The position numbers were made by a program, and so were the translations under genes. Shown in pieces: positions 37,606 to 45,443 of a DNA stretch of 64,000 bases. Under the pieces are notes generated by a model. The model was not told where the DNA came from. It ran no database searches and worked only from the letters and a program-made list of their open reading frames with translations. Source of the stretch: an uncultured Verrucomicrobiae bacterium (GTDB lineage: Bacteria; Verrucomicrobiota; Verrucomicrobiia; Limisphaerales; Palsa-1400); contig CAVXRD010000002.1 in assembly GCA_963764165.1 (NCBI GenBank), positions 608,001 through 672,000 on the forward strand. The letters are read 5' to 3'. The first letter of the stretch is position 1. Every line of letters starts with the position of its first letter.

Positions 37606-38295
37606 TCAAGGTTTTTTTCGCATCCTTCTTGCCAGTTGTTGCGCAAACGGCGCCAAGCCGGTCGCGAAAAGCATCAGTGTGGAACCTTCAGGAACCGGAT
37701 TAACAACTGAATTCGCGCCGACGATAATATTTCCCAGCGCACTAGATGGAAGCGTTGTCGGCACGATGGGGGGGCCGTTGGCCTCAGGTCCGCCGACCTG
37801 CACATTGGCCGCCGCCGACATTCCTGTAGGAACTCCGGCAGCTATCGCTTGATCCAAGCTTGTGATCTGTCCTCCGGCGTTGTACCAAGCGTAGACCTGC
37901 ACCGTTGCAAACGAGCCGGCGTAGCCCGTTCCGGGAATCGTGGCTACTGCCGTCGACCACCAAGTTCCAACGATCGGGTCAATCGTGCCATCGGCCACAT
38001 TGGCCGTTACGCCAAGTGGCTCCAAACTGCCTGCGGCGTCATTTTGCCCGGGAGCGCCGTACAACGCCACCGTCCAGTCATTTCCATTTTGGATCTCGCT
38101 GCCATAATTTGACAGCGTTGCGGCTGGGCCAGCGGAAGATCCTCCCAAGATCGAAGTAACGCCATTCGCCGCTTTGTAGCTAACATAGATATATGTGTTA
38201 AAGACGAGATAATTCGCCATGCTGACTGTGCCTTGGGAATAAACAGCACTCGCCCCGGCCAGCAGTGTCAAAGCGCATAAAACATGTTTTTTCAT
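37606..38295 (-). CDS. PEP-CTERM-like surface protein, array copy 4
   Basis: Same family; variant anchor VPEGSTLMLFATGLAPFAQQLARRMRKKP. Confidence 0.85.
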   Translation of the reverse strand: MKKHVLCALTLLAGASAVYSQGTVSMANYLVFNTYIYVSYKAANGVTSILGGSSAGPAATLSNYGSEIQNGNDWTVALYGAPGQNDAAGSLEPLGVTANVADGTIDPIVGTWWSTAVATIPGTGYAGSFATVQVYAWYNAGGQITSLDQAIAAGVPTGMSAAANVQVGGPEANGPPIVPTTLPSSALGNIIVGANSVVNPVPEGSTLMLFATGLAPFAQQLARRMRKKP

Positions 38296-38341
38296 AATCA
38301 CATCCTTTTTGTTCGAGTGCCTTCCATAACCTGAATTCGAC

Positions 38342-39004
38342 TTAGGACTTGGGGCGGAAGCGAGTCAGAAACGCCGAGGCTCCCATGACGCCAAGGGCAA
38401 GCGTGCTGGGCTCCGGAACCCCAAAAATGATGCCGCCGTCGAAACCCTGAGGCATGTCGAGACTCTCAGGCAGTGTCGGGGCCGTGGCAGGCGGACTGCC
38501 GCCACCGAGGCCGGTAATGTCAGCAACTGCGGATACGCCAATTGGCACTCCGTCAGCGAGCGCTTGGGAAAAACTGGTGATCGCGCCGCCGGCGTTGTAC
38601 CAAGCAACGAGCTCGAGTGTCGCCGTGCCGGAAGCTCCACCGGTCGTGCCAGGAATGGTGGCAATCACGGTAGAGGCCCAAATTCCAGCGGTGGCGAGCG
38701 TCGTGCCGAGTGTTACAATCGCACCAGGAACGGGCGACAGCGTCGTCGCATTGAGGCCAGGCGCAGCATAGAGCTGAACAGACCAGTCGTTGCCATTAGC
38801 GATTTCAAGGTTGTAGTTATACGTAGTCGCCGGAGGACCAAAGGCAGAACCACCGAGATCAGCAGGATTGACACCAGCCGATTTGTAAGTGACATAGAGG
38901 TATGGGCTTAACACACCGTAGTTCGCCATGCTGATTGAGCCTTGAGCGTAAACAGCACTTGCACCGGCAAGCAGTGTCAGGGCACTTGTTACTGCTTTTT
39001 TCAA
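38342..39004 (-). CDS. PEP-CTERM surface protein, array copy 3
   Basis: Same family; VPEPSTLALGVMGASAFLTRFRPKS. The codon aligned with the paralog ATG is TTG (39004); an alternative GTG lies at 39028. Confidence 0.88.
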   Translation of the reverse strand: MKKAVTSALTLLAGASAVYAQGSISMANYGVLSPYLYVTYKSAGVNPADLGGSAFGPPATTYNYNLEIANGNDWSVQLYAAPGLNATTLSPVPGAIVTLGTTLATAGIWASTVIATIPGTTGGASGTATLELVAWYNAGGAITSFSQALADGVPIGVSAVADITGLGGGSPPATAPTLPESLDMPQGFDGGIIFGVPEPSTLALGVMGASAFLTRFRPKS

Positions 39005-39024
39005 ATTATGATTTAGTGTCTGAT

Positions 39025-39654
39025 TCACTTGCGACGCAAGCGCAGAAGGAAGGCCGAGGCTCCCATCACGCCAAGGGCAATCGTGCTTGGTTCCGGAGCA
39101 AAAGTTATGTTGCCGAGGCTCTCGGGCAACGAAGGGGCCGTGGCAGGCGGATTGCCGCCACCGAGGCCGGTAATATCAGCAACGGCGGAGTAGCCAACCG
39201 GCACTCCGTCAGCGAGCGCTTGGGAAGCGCTGGTGATCTAGCCACCGTCGTTATACCAAGCATAGAGCTGGAGTGTGGCCGTGCCTGTTGATCCACCCGT
39301 CGTTCCAGGAAGAGTGGCAATCGCCGTAGATGCCCACACGCCAGCGGTGGTGGGCGTGGTGCCAAGTGTCACAATCGTCCCAGCCACGGGCAATAGTGTG
39401 GCCTGTGGATCATTCAGGCCAGGAGCAGCATAGAGCTGAACAGACCAGTCATTTCCATTGCCGACTTCAGCGGCAAAGTTATTCATAGTCGGAGCAGGAC
39501 CTGTGCTGCTGCCACCGAGGTAGACGCCCGCTTTGTAGGTGACATAGAGGTACGGGCTTAACACACCGTAGTTCGCCATGCTGACGGTGCCTTGGGCATA
39601 AACAGCACTCGCACCGGCCAGAAGCGTTAGCGCGCTTGTGATTGTTTTTTTCAT
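39025..39654 (-). pseudogene. PEP-CTERM surface protein, array copy 2, with an in-frame TAG
   Basis: …YAWYNDGG-TAG(39238-39240)-ITSASQALADGVPVGYSAVADITGLGGGNPPATAPSLPESLGNITFAPEPSTIALGVMGASAFLLRLRRK*; the frame is fully conserved after the stop. Confidence 0.88.
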
Positions 39655-39699
39655 AATTTGGATTGCCTGCCCTTCAGCATTTCCAAAACTCATCAAATG

Positions 39700-39735
39700 T
39701 AAAGAAAAAAAAGAGCCACTCTTTCGAGTGGCTCA
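39700..39735 (-). terminator. Strong rho-independent terminator after the first PEP-CTERM gene
   Basis: Stem GAGCCACTC/GAGTGGCTC with a 4-nt loop, followed on the minus strand by TTTTTTTTCTTT. Confidence 0.85.
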
Positions 39736-39756
39736 ATGAAAGTCAAAAAGACTTGA

Positions 39757-40395
39757 TTACTTGCGGCGCAAGCGCATCAGGAACGCAGAAGCTCCCATAA
39801 CGCCAAGAGCGATTGTGCTGGGTTCCGGAACCGCGACAACAATGTTGCCGAGACCTTCAGGCAGCGACGGGGCCGTGGCAGGCGGATTGCCGCCACCGAG
39901 GCCGGTAATCGTAGCAATTGCGGATGTGCCAGTCGGAACTCCGTCAGCAAGCGCTGTGGCATAGCTGGTGATCGCGCCACCGGCATTGTACCAAGCATAG
40001 AGCTCGAGTGTAGCGGTGCCAGTAGATCCACCGGTCGTGCCAGGAATGCTGGCAATCACAGTCGAGGCCCAAGTCCCAATTTGAGTTGGGGCTGTGGCCA
40101 GCGTTACTGTCGAGCCAGCAACGGGCAACAGAGTAGTCGCATTCAGACCAGGAGCTGCATAAAGCTGAACAGACCAGTCATTGCCATTAGCAGTTTCGAG
40201 GTTGTAGTTCGACGTAGTCGCCGCAGGACCAACGGCAGAACCACCGAGTTCAACAGCAGCGACACCCGCCGCTTTATAACTGACATAGAGGTACGTGTTT
40301 AACACACCGTAGTTCGCCATGCTGATCGTGCCTTGGGCATAAACAGCACTCGCACCGGCCAGCAGTGTTAGGGCACCTGTTATCGTTTTTTTCAT
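39757..40395 (-). CDS. PEP-CTERM surface protein, array copy 1 (first transcribed)
   Basis: MKKTITGALTLLAGASAVYA-QG signal; canonical VPEPSTIALGVMGASAFLMRLRRK. Confidence 0.93.
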   Translation of the reverse strand: MKKTITGALTLLAGASAVYAQGTISMANYGVLNTYLYVSYKAAGVAAVELGGSAVGPAATTSNYNLETANGNDWSVQLYAAPGLNATTLLPVAGSTVTLATAPTQIGTWASTVIASIPGTTGGSTGTATLELYAWYNAGGAITSYATALADGVPTGTSAIATITGLGGGNPPATAPSLPEGLGNIVVAVPEPSTIALGVMGASAFLMRLRRK

Positions 40396-40454
40396 ATGAT
40401 GATTTGTTATCTGTTTGTGTTTTTGGTTGGAGAATTAATCTCTCTCACTCCCAC

Positions 40455-41144
40455 TTATTGGCTGACCGAGTAGTTTTCGAGCCAGTAATTGTTCGTGGCT
40501 TGCGCGTTAAAATAAAACACGCCGCCGCCAACCGTCGGGATGATTGGATCACCGAGCGGCCAGTTTGTGCTCAGATTTGCACCAGTCGCAATGTATTCAG
40601 TGTAGGCGGCTGTGGCACCACTGTAAACCCACGCCTGATCTTTCTTAACAGCGTTGGAGAAGGTCGTGAGGCTGTTGGTGACGATATCGCCAGAAGCAGG
40701 CTCGTACGAACTGACCATGTTGAACGAATCAGGATATAGGGTCACGCTCGAAGGGCCAGTCGGCACGGTTCCAACAAACGTAACAGTATAACTGACGTTG
40801 CTCGGGTTGAACAACCAGACAGCCGCACCGGGGCTGATCGTTTCTGTTCCGCCGTTCAACCAACCAGCAGCCACGCCGACATCTTCAACGTATTGCGGGT
40901 TAGCCGTAGGATTGAAGGTCCAAACCTGCCATTTTTTGTAAGCACCATTTGTATCCGGCAGCAAGGTGTTCAAGGTGTTGTCCGGCGACGCGATCAGCGG
41001 GCAGGAAATCATATTGAAACCAGGATAGGCCGTAATGTTGATGTATCCGACGGCGTTCAACGAATAAACATTCGTTTGGGCCATCGCTGAAACAGCGCCG
41101 ATCGTTCCGATCAGGGCTGATAGAAGCATTGTCTTTGTTCTCAT
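40455..41144 (-). CDS. Secreted protein (MRTKT…VYSLNAVGY…GFNMI…PL type) co-transcribed with the first PEP-CTERM gene
   Basis: Signal peptide …VSAMA-QT, internal duplication (PGFNMIS / DSFNMVS; KKWQVWTF / KKDQAWVY), no membrane anchor; 59-bp gap to the next gene. Confidence 0.8.
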   Translation of the reverse strand: MRTKTMLLSALIGTIGAVSAMAQTNVYSLNAVGYINITAYPGFNMISCPLIASPDNTLNTLLPDTNGAYKKWQVWTFNPTANPQYVEDVGVAAGWLNGGTETISPGAAVWLFNPSNVSYTVTFVGTVPTGPSSVTLYPDSFNMVSSYEPASGDIVTNSLTTFSNAVKKDQAWVYSGATAAYTEYIATGANLSTNWPLGDPIIPTVGGGVFYFNAQATNNYWLENYSVSQ

Positions 41145-41188
41145 AATATTACTAACTTAACTTTTTTTTTGTTTCCGTGAGCACGACG

Positions 41189-41217
41189 ACTTTCCCACAG
41201 GACAAACGGTGTGTCAA
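41189..41217 (-). promoter_or_regulatory. Possible sigma-70-type promoter of the surface-protein operon
   Basis: Minus strand TTGACA-N17-GAAAGT in an AT-rich region ~45 bp upstream of the ATG; the -10 box is weak. Confidence 0.35.
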
Positions 41218-41385
41218 CCGGTTTTTGCCTGCTTTTTCAGGAAAGCTCTCTTGCATCATTGTGGCAATATTTGCCGGAATTGTCGCCAAAGGTCAACTGT
41301 TTTTTGATTTTTTTTCACTTTTTTTGAACGAGGCATTATTCCACGAGTTTAACCGGGCTTCGAAGACCTTGCAATCTATTGCGAT

Positions 41386-42453
41386 TTACTGGATTACAAC
41401 AACTTTCATGGATTCCAAGCTCGGCTTTGACGCCAGTTCAACTGCCTTCGCCGTGGCAGATAGCGGGAACTTATTCGTGATCAAGGCACGGACATCGAGT
41501 TTCCGGCTGAATACGAGGCTGGCGACCTCCTTTTGCAGGGTGTAATCGGCGGAATAACTTCCAATTAAGTCCTTCTCGTGCAGGCAGATGTTGCCGTAAT
41601 CCACCGCTTCAACCGGATGTGTTTTCCGGCTGGTGGTATGGGCAAAAAGCAATATCTGCCCGCTCCCGCGCACTAGACTCATCGCTTGGACAACGGCAGC
41701 GTCCGACGGCACCGCCACAATGGCCGCATCCAACACCGGCGCGCTTCTCCGCGCTTGATCTAAAAAACCGGGATGGGTGGGATTAAGGGCAAACTTGGCC
41801 CCCCACTTGGTTGCCAGCCGCAGGCGGGGTTCAAGGAGGTCAGTCGCCACGACTCGGATCCCTCGCAAGCTCAGTATCCGGGTAAACATCAGGCCGATCG
41901 GGCCCTGCCCCACGACCATGACGTGATCGCCGCGAAGCAATGGGAGGCGTTTCACAGCCTTCAAAACCGTGTTCACCGGTTCGAGCATCGCGCCTTCTAG
42001 AAATGTATTGCGCGGCGGTATTTTGACCACGCCGGGGAGGACGAAAGGCATCACCCGGACGTATTCGGCGTATCCGCCGCCTGCGGGCTCGAAACCGGCG
42101 GTGATGCCTGTTTTCTTGTATCCGGCGCATTGGGCGAAGGCTTTGTGCCGGCAATAATGGCATTTCAAACATGGGATGTGATGGTGCAGCGCCACCCTGT
42201 CCCCGAGTTTGAAACCGCGAACACCTCGCCCCATTCTTACGATCGTGCCTGCGGTTTCATGTCCGAAGATGCGGGGCGGCGGAACCGTGCCGTAATGAAT
42301 CTTCTTAATATCCGTCGGACAAACGCCGCAAGCCGCCACTTTGACCAGCAACTCGCCCGGCTCGATTTGGGGCACCGGCACCTCTTCCACGCGAAGGTCA
42401 TCCACACCGCGGTAAACGACGGCCTGCATGGAGTTGGGAATCGTGGCTGCCAT
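41386..42453 (-). CDS. Zinc-dependent dehydrogenase (iditol/threonine dehydrogenase-like)
   Basis: CGVCPTD, GHE, CLKCHYC…C, LEP and VVGQGPIG. ATG 42453 is likely; the longer ORF-track start runs through repeat DNA. Confidence 0.9.
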   Translation of the reverse strand: MAATIPNSMQAVVYRGVDDLRVEEVPVPQIEPGELLVKVAACGVCPTDIKKIHYGTVPPPRIFGHETAGTIVRMGRGVRGFKLGDRVALHHHIPCLKCHYCRHKAFAQCAGYKKTGITAGFEPAGGGYAEYVRVMPFVLPGVVKIPPRNTFLEGAMLEPVNTVLKAVKRLPLLRGDHVMVVGQGPIGLMFTRILSLRGIRVVATDLLEPRLRLATKWGAKFALNPTHPGFLDQARRSAPVLDAAIVAVPSDAAVVQAMSLVRGSGQILLFAHTTSRKTHPVEAVDYGNICLHEKDLIGSYSADYTLQKEVASLVFSRKLDVRALITNKFPLSATAKAVELASKPSLESMKVVVIQ

Positions 42454-42540
42454 ATTATATGTTATTTGGGTAACGCGCTTCAGAGCTGGCATGGTGGAAC
42501 GGCCAGCGGGAAAAACGCAAGATGGAATGAACCTGATGGG

Positions 42541-42846
42541 TGAATCTGGAACGACCGAACTTAGGAAAAGAGGGTCCTGGCCATTCTCAGTCGATTGAGA
42601 ATCCCGGTGCGGTCGTTGCCCCAGACTCGGGTAGAAAACCCAACAGGACAGCCAGAGTCGAGCGCATTGAATTGGATGATATATAATCTCGGAAAAGCCG
42701 CTACATCCGCTACATCGTTGAATATCAACCAGATATGCCGCTACATTGGGCGCTACAAGACCGCTACACATGCGCTACATTTCCTTTCGAGATGCGCACG
42801 AAGCCCATTGCAGCCTCTTTTCCCGAGTTCGGTCGTTCCAGATTCA
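42541..42846. repeat. 33-bp inverted repeat pair bracketing a GC(T/A)ACA repeat
   Basis: TGAATCTGGAACGACCGAACTTAGGAAAAGAGG (42541-42573) vs the reverse complement of 42814-42846, TGAATCTGGAACGACCGAACTCGGGAAAAGAGG (31/33). Related half unit at 17169-17198. Confidence 0.85.
42681..42782 (+). repeat. GC(T/A)ACA six-box dispersed repeat, intact copy C
   Basis: Six GCTACA boxes around GTTGAATATCAAC. Confidence 0.85.
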
Positions 42847-42920
42847 AATCCTCCCTTCTTCCCGATTGAAACTTTCAAATACGGCTGGTGTTTGGACGAT
42901 TCATGGATATATTAACAGCG

Positions 42921-43811
42921 ATGAAATCGAAGCGCACCCAAGTCCGGCTGACGAGCATGGCTTGTTTGGCCACATTAGGCTGCTTAGTGGTTCATGGAGC
43001 ATGGGCTAATGAGGAGAATCCATACTCGGTCATCGTGGATCGAAACATTTTTCATCTCAACCCGGAGCCCGTCGTCAGTACGACCCCGGAGGTAAAGCCA
43101 CCCGATTTGCCAAAGGTAATGCTGGACGGGTTCATGGGCAAAGGGAATCTCGTGAAGGTTCTTTTTGCGATTCCGGGCAAAGACGCAAAAGCGACGCCGA
43201 CCTACCTCACTCTCGCTCTAGGGGAGAAAGGTGGCGACAGCGAAGGCCACAGTGTGGAACTTCGGAAGATTAATCCCGACCAGAGCGAAGTCGAAATCAT
43301 CAATTCAGGGACGCTGCAGACACTCAACGTGAAGAGCAATGGATACGTTGCTTCGGCCGCGCCGGCCGGTCCTCCTGGCCATGGTGGCCCGGGTGGCCCT
43401 CCGGGACCCGGCGGACTTCCTGGCCTGCATCGCGGCCCGCCCGGATTTTCGCTGCCCGCACCAACCGCGCCGCACGCAGGCAATACGATTCAGCCGAGAT
43501 CCGAGAATTCTGCCGTCATAGCGGGCAACCCCACCGGCTCTGGAAGCGGCGTCATCAGCGCAGGCGGCGGAGGCTACGGCAATCCCGGCCAGGCCAATGC
43601 GGTGGGGAACCAAATTGCGAACGCTTTGAACGGCAATGGCCAGAATCGCATCCCCACTGCCAGCAATCCCAATGCGGTTCCGGTGCCGGTGGAAGTGCAA
43701 GCCGCCAGCATGCTGATCAACGAAGCCGCTGGCGGGCCACCCTCGCCTGTTAACGCGGATGGCAGCAGCAGAGGGGAAGCTCCTTCGGGGCCGCCTCAAG
43801 TGCCACATTAA
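42921..43811 (+). CDS. Hypothetical exported Pro/Gly-rich protein
   Basis: Signal-like N-terminus, a ~120-aa folded region (NPYSVIVDRNIFHL…), then a low-complexity P/G/N tail. Confidence 0.75.
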   Translation: MKSKRTQVRLTSMACLATLGCLVVHGAWANEENPYSVIVDRNIFHLNPEPVVSTTPEVKPPDLPKVMLDGFMGKGNLVKVLFAIPGKDAKATPTYLTLALGEKGGDSEGHSVELRKINPDQSEVEIINSGTLQTLNVKSNGYVASAAPAGPPGHGGPGGPPGPGGLPGLHRGPPGFSLPAPTAPHAGNTIQPRSENSAVIAGNPTGSGSGVISAGGGGYGNPGQANAVGNQIANALNGNGQNRIPTASNPNAVPVPVEVQAASMLINEAAGGPPSPVNADGSSRGEAPSGPPQVPH

Positions 43812-43820
43812 GCGCCGGCG

Positions 43821-45443
43821 TTACTTGGTAATGGCGGAATCGATGAATTTCGCCAAATCGTTCTTCAGCGCCACGCGCGCCGGGGTTAACAGATACATCA
43901 TGTGCCCCGCTTCGTAGTATCCCATCGAGACATTTCCGCGCAGATCGGGCGGCAATCCCATGTGGTCGAACGTGTAGCGCGTGGCCAGATACGGAGTCGC
44001 CAGATCGTAATGGCCATTCGCCACGAACACCTTCAAATAAGGATTATGCGTCATCGCCTCGCGCAAATTCTCGGCCACATCCAAATACCGGTTCCGCGCT
44101 GAGTTGTAATCCCACGGCTGCACTTTGCCGGTGAGGACTTCGTAGGGAAGATCGCTCTCAAACTTCAAGTCGCGGCGGACGTAGTCATTGAACGTCGCGG
44201 AAAACGGCCCGAGCGCGACGGTGTAGCTGGGATCGTATTCCGGCGTCTCGCCGATGGAATTGTAATCCTCGCCCTTCATGCGGCTGTCGTAACGGCCCAC
44301 TGTGAACCGCTCCTTGCGCAGCAATTCCTTGAAGAACTGGAACACGCGGACGCGCAAGTTGGCGCGGTCAACGTAATCTTCCGACAGCCCCGTCAAGCGC
44401 GCCATTTCCTTCACGACCGCCGCGCGGTCCGCCGCGGACAATTTGTCCCCTTGCATCAACGCTTGCGAATATTGGCCGGTGGCAAATTTTTCGGCTTCGC
44501 CCAGGGCTTTCGCCTGGTCGGCTTGCAAATCCGGGGCCAGCTTTTTGTGATACCAAGCCGTCGCTGTCTCGGTCGGGAGGAAAAGGACGTAAGGCAAATC
44601 GTTGCCGGGGTTGAAACTGATGGTGGAAAAATCCAGCACCGCCGAGACCAGGGCGATGCCGTTCATATACATTCCATAGCGATCTTCCAGATAACCCGCC
44701 AAAGCCGAGGCGCGGGTGGTTCCGTAACTTTCGCCGATCAAGAACTTAGGCGAGAGCCAGCGGTTGTAGCGTGTCGTGTAAAGACGAATAAAGTCCCCGA
44801 CCGAGCGCAAATCCTGGTCGACGCCATGATATTTGCCCGGATCTTCGCCGGGCACCGTGCGCGTGAAACCCGTGCTGACCGGATCAATAAAAACCAGATC
44901 GGTTTTGTCCAGCAGCGACTCGTCATTGTTAACTGAGCGGAAAGGCGGCGGCGGCAAGCTGCCGTCGTCCTTGAGCAGAACCCGGCGCGGCCCCAGCAGC
45001 CCCATGTGCATCCAGATGGACGCGGAACCCGGACCGCCATTGAATGAAAATGTAAGCGGGCGATCGGGGGCATTCGTTTTGTCGAGGCTTGTGTAGGCAA
45101 CGAAGAAAAAGGAAACCAGCGGCTTCCCCTCCTCGTCCTTCATCATGATCGTGCCAGCGGTGGCTTTATATTTGACATCGACGCCATTGATGGTGACGGA
45201 GTTGGTTGTCTCGGAAAGATCGTCTTTGTCTTTCTCCTTGGGCTTCTTCTCTTTTTCTTTCTCCTTATCCTTGTCTTTCTCCTTATCTTTGTCGGACGGG
45301 GTCGCGTCTTTCGAAGCATCGCTGTGCAGGCTCCCGGGAACGATGTTCGTCGCGTGCGGAGCGTTGGCGCCGGCCGGCGGTTCATCCGCGCGCAGCGTGG
45401 GGGCGGCCATCAAAAGTCCAGCAAGGATACAAGCGTATTTCAT
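43821..45443 (-). CDS. Serine carboxypeptidase, peptidase S10 family
   Basis: FNGGPGSAS, FIDPVSTGF, GESYGTTR, GHYDLATP and AGHMMY; signal peptide. Confidence 0.93.
   Translation of the reverse strand: MKYACILAGLLMAAPTLRADEPPAGANAPHATNIVPGSLHSDASKDATPSDKDKEKDKDKEKEKEKKPKEKDKDDLSETTNSVTINGVDVKYKATAGTIMMKDEEGKPLVSFFFVAYTSLDKTNAPDRPLTFSFNGGPGSASIWMHMGLLGPRRVLLKDDGSLPPPPFRSVNNDESLLDKTDLVFIDPVSTGFTRTVPGEDPGKYHGVDQDLRSVGDFIRLYTTRYNRWLSPKFLIGESYGTTRASALAGYLEDRYGMYMNGIALVSAVLDFSTISFNPGNDLPYVLFLPTETATAWYHKKLAPDLQADQAKALGEAEKFATGQYSQALMQGDKLSAADRAAVVKEMARLTGLSEDYVDRANLRVRVFQFFKELLRKERFTVGRYDSRMKGEDYNSIGETPEYDPSYTVALGPFSATFNDYVRRDLKFESDLPYEVLTGKVQPWDYNSARNRYLDVAENLREAMTHNPYLKVFVANGHYDLATPYLATRYTFDHMGLPPDLRGNVSMGYYEAGHMMYLLTPARVALKNDLAKFIDSAITK

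Noticed and set aside
39238..39240. Pyrrolysine or genome-wide TAG recoding
   Set aside because: TAG ends other genes here normally (e.g. 9442, 33794), no pyl genes are visible, and a CAG-to-TAG change explains it.
42454..42771. 106-aa N-terminal extension of the zinc dehydrogenase; similar extensions at 15475, 36812, 47833 and 51001
   Set aside because: The extensions translate repeat or intergenic DNA; family-typical N-termini begin at the later starts.
42681..42782. GCTACA box arrays as a mini-CRISPR
   Set aside because: Units are 6 bp with 3-5-bp linkers, there is no 23-50-bp repeat/spacer structure, and no cas genes are present.
45215..45295. Purine-rich KDKE repeat in the S10 peptidase as a contingency locus
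   Set aside because: It is an imperfect in-frame low-complexity linker, not a pure tandem repeat.
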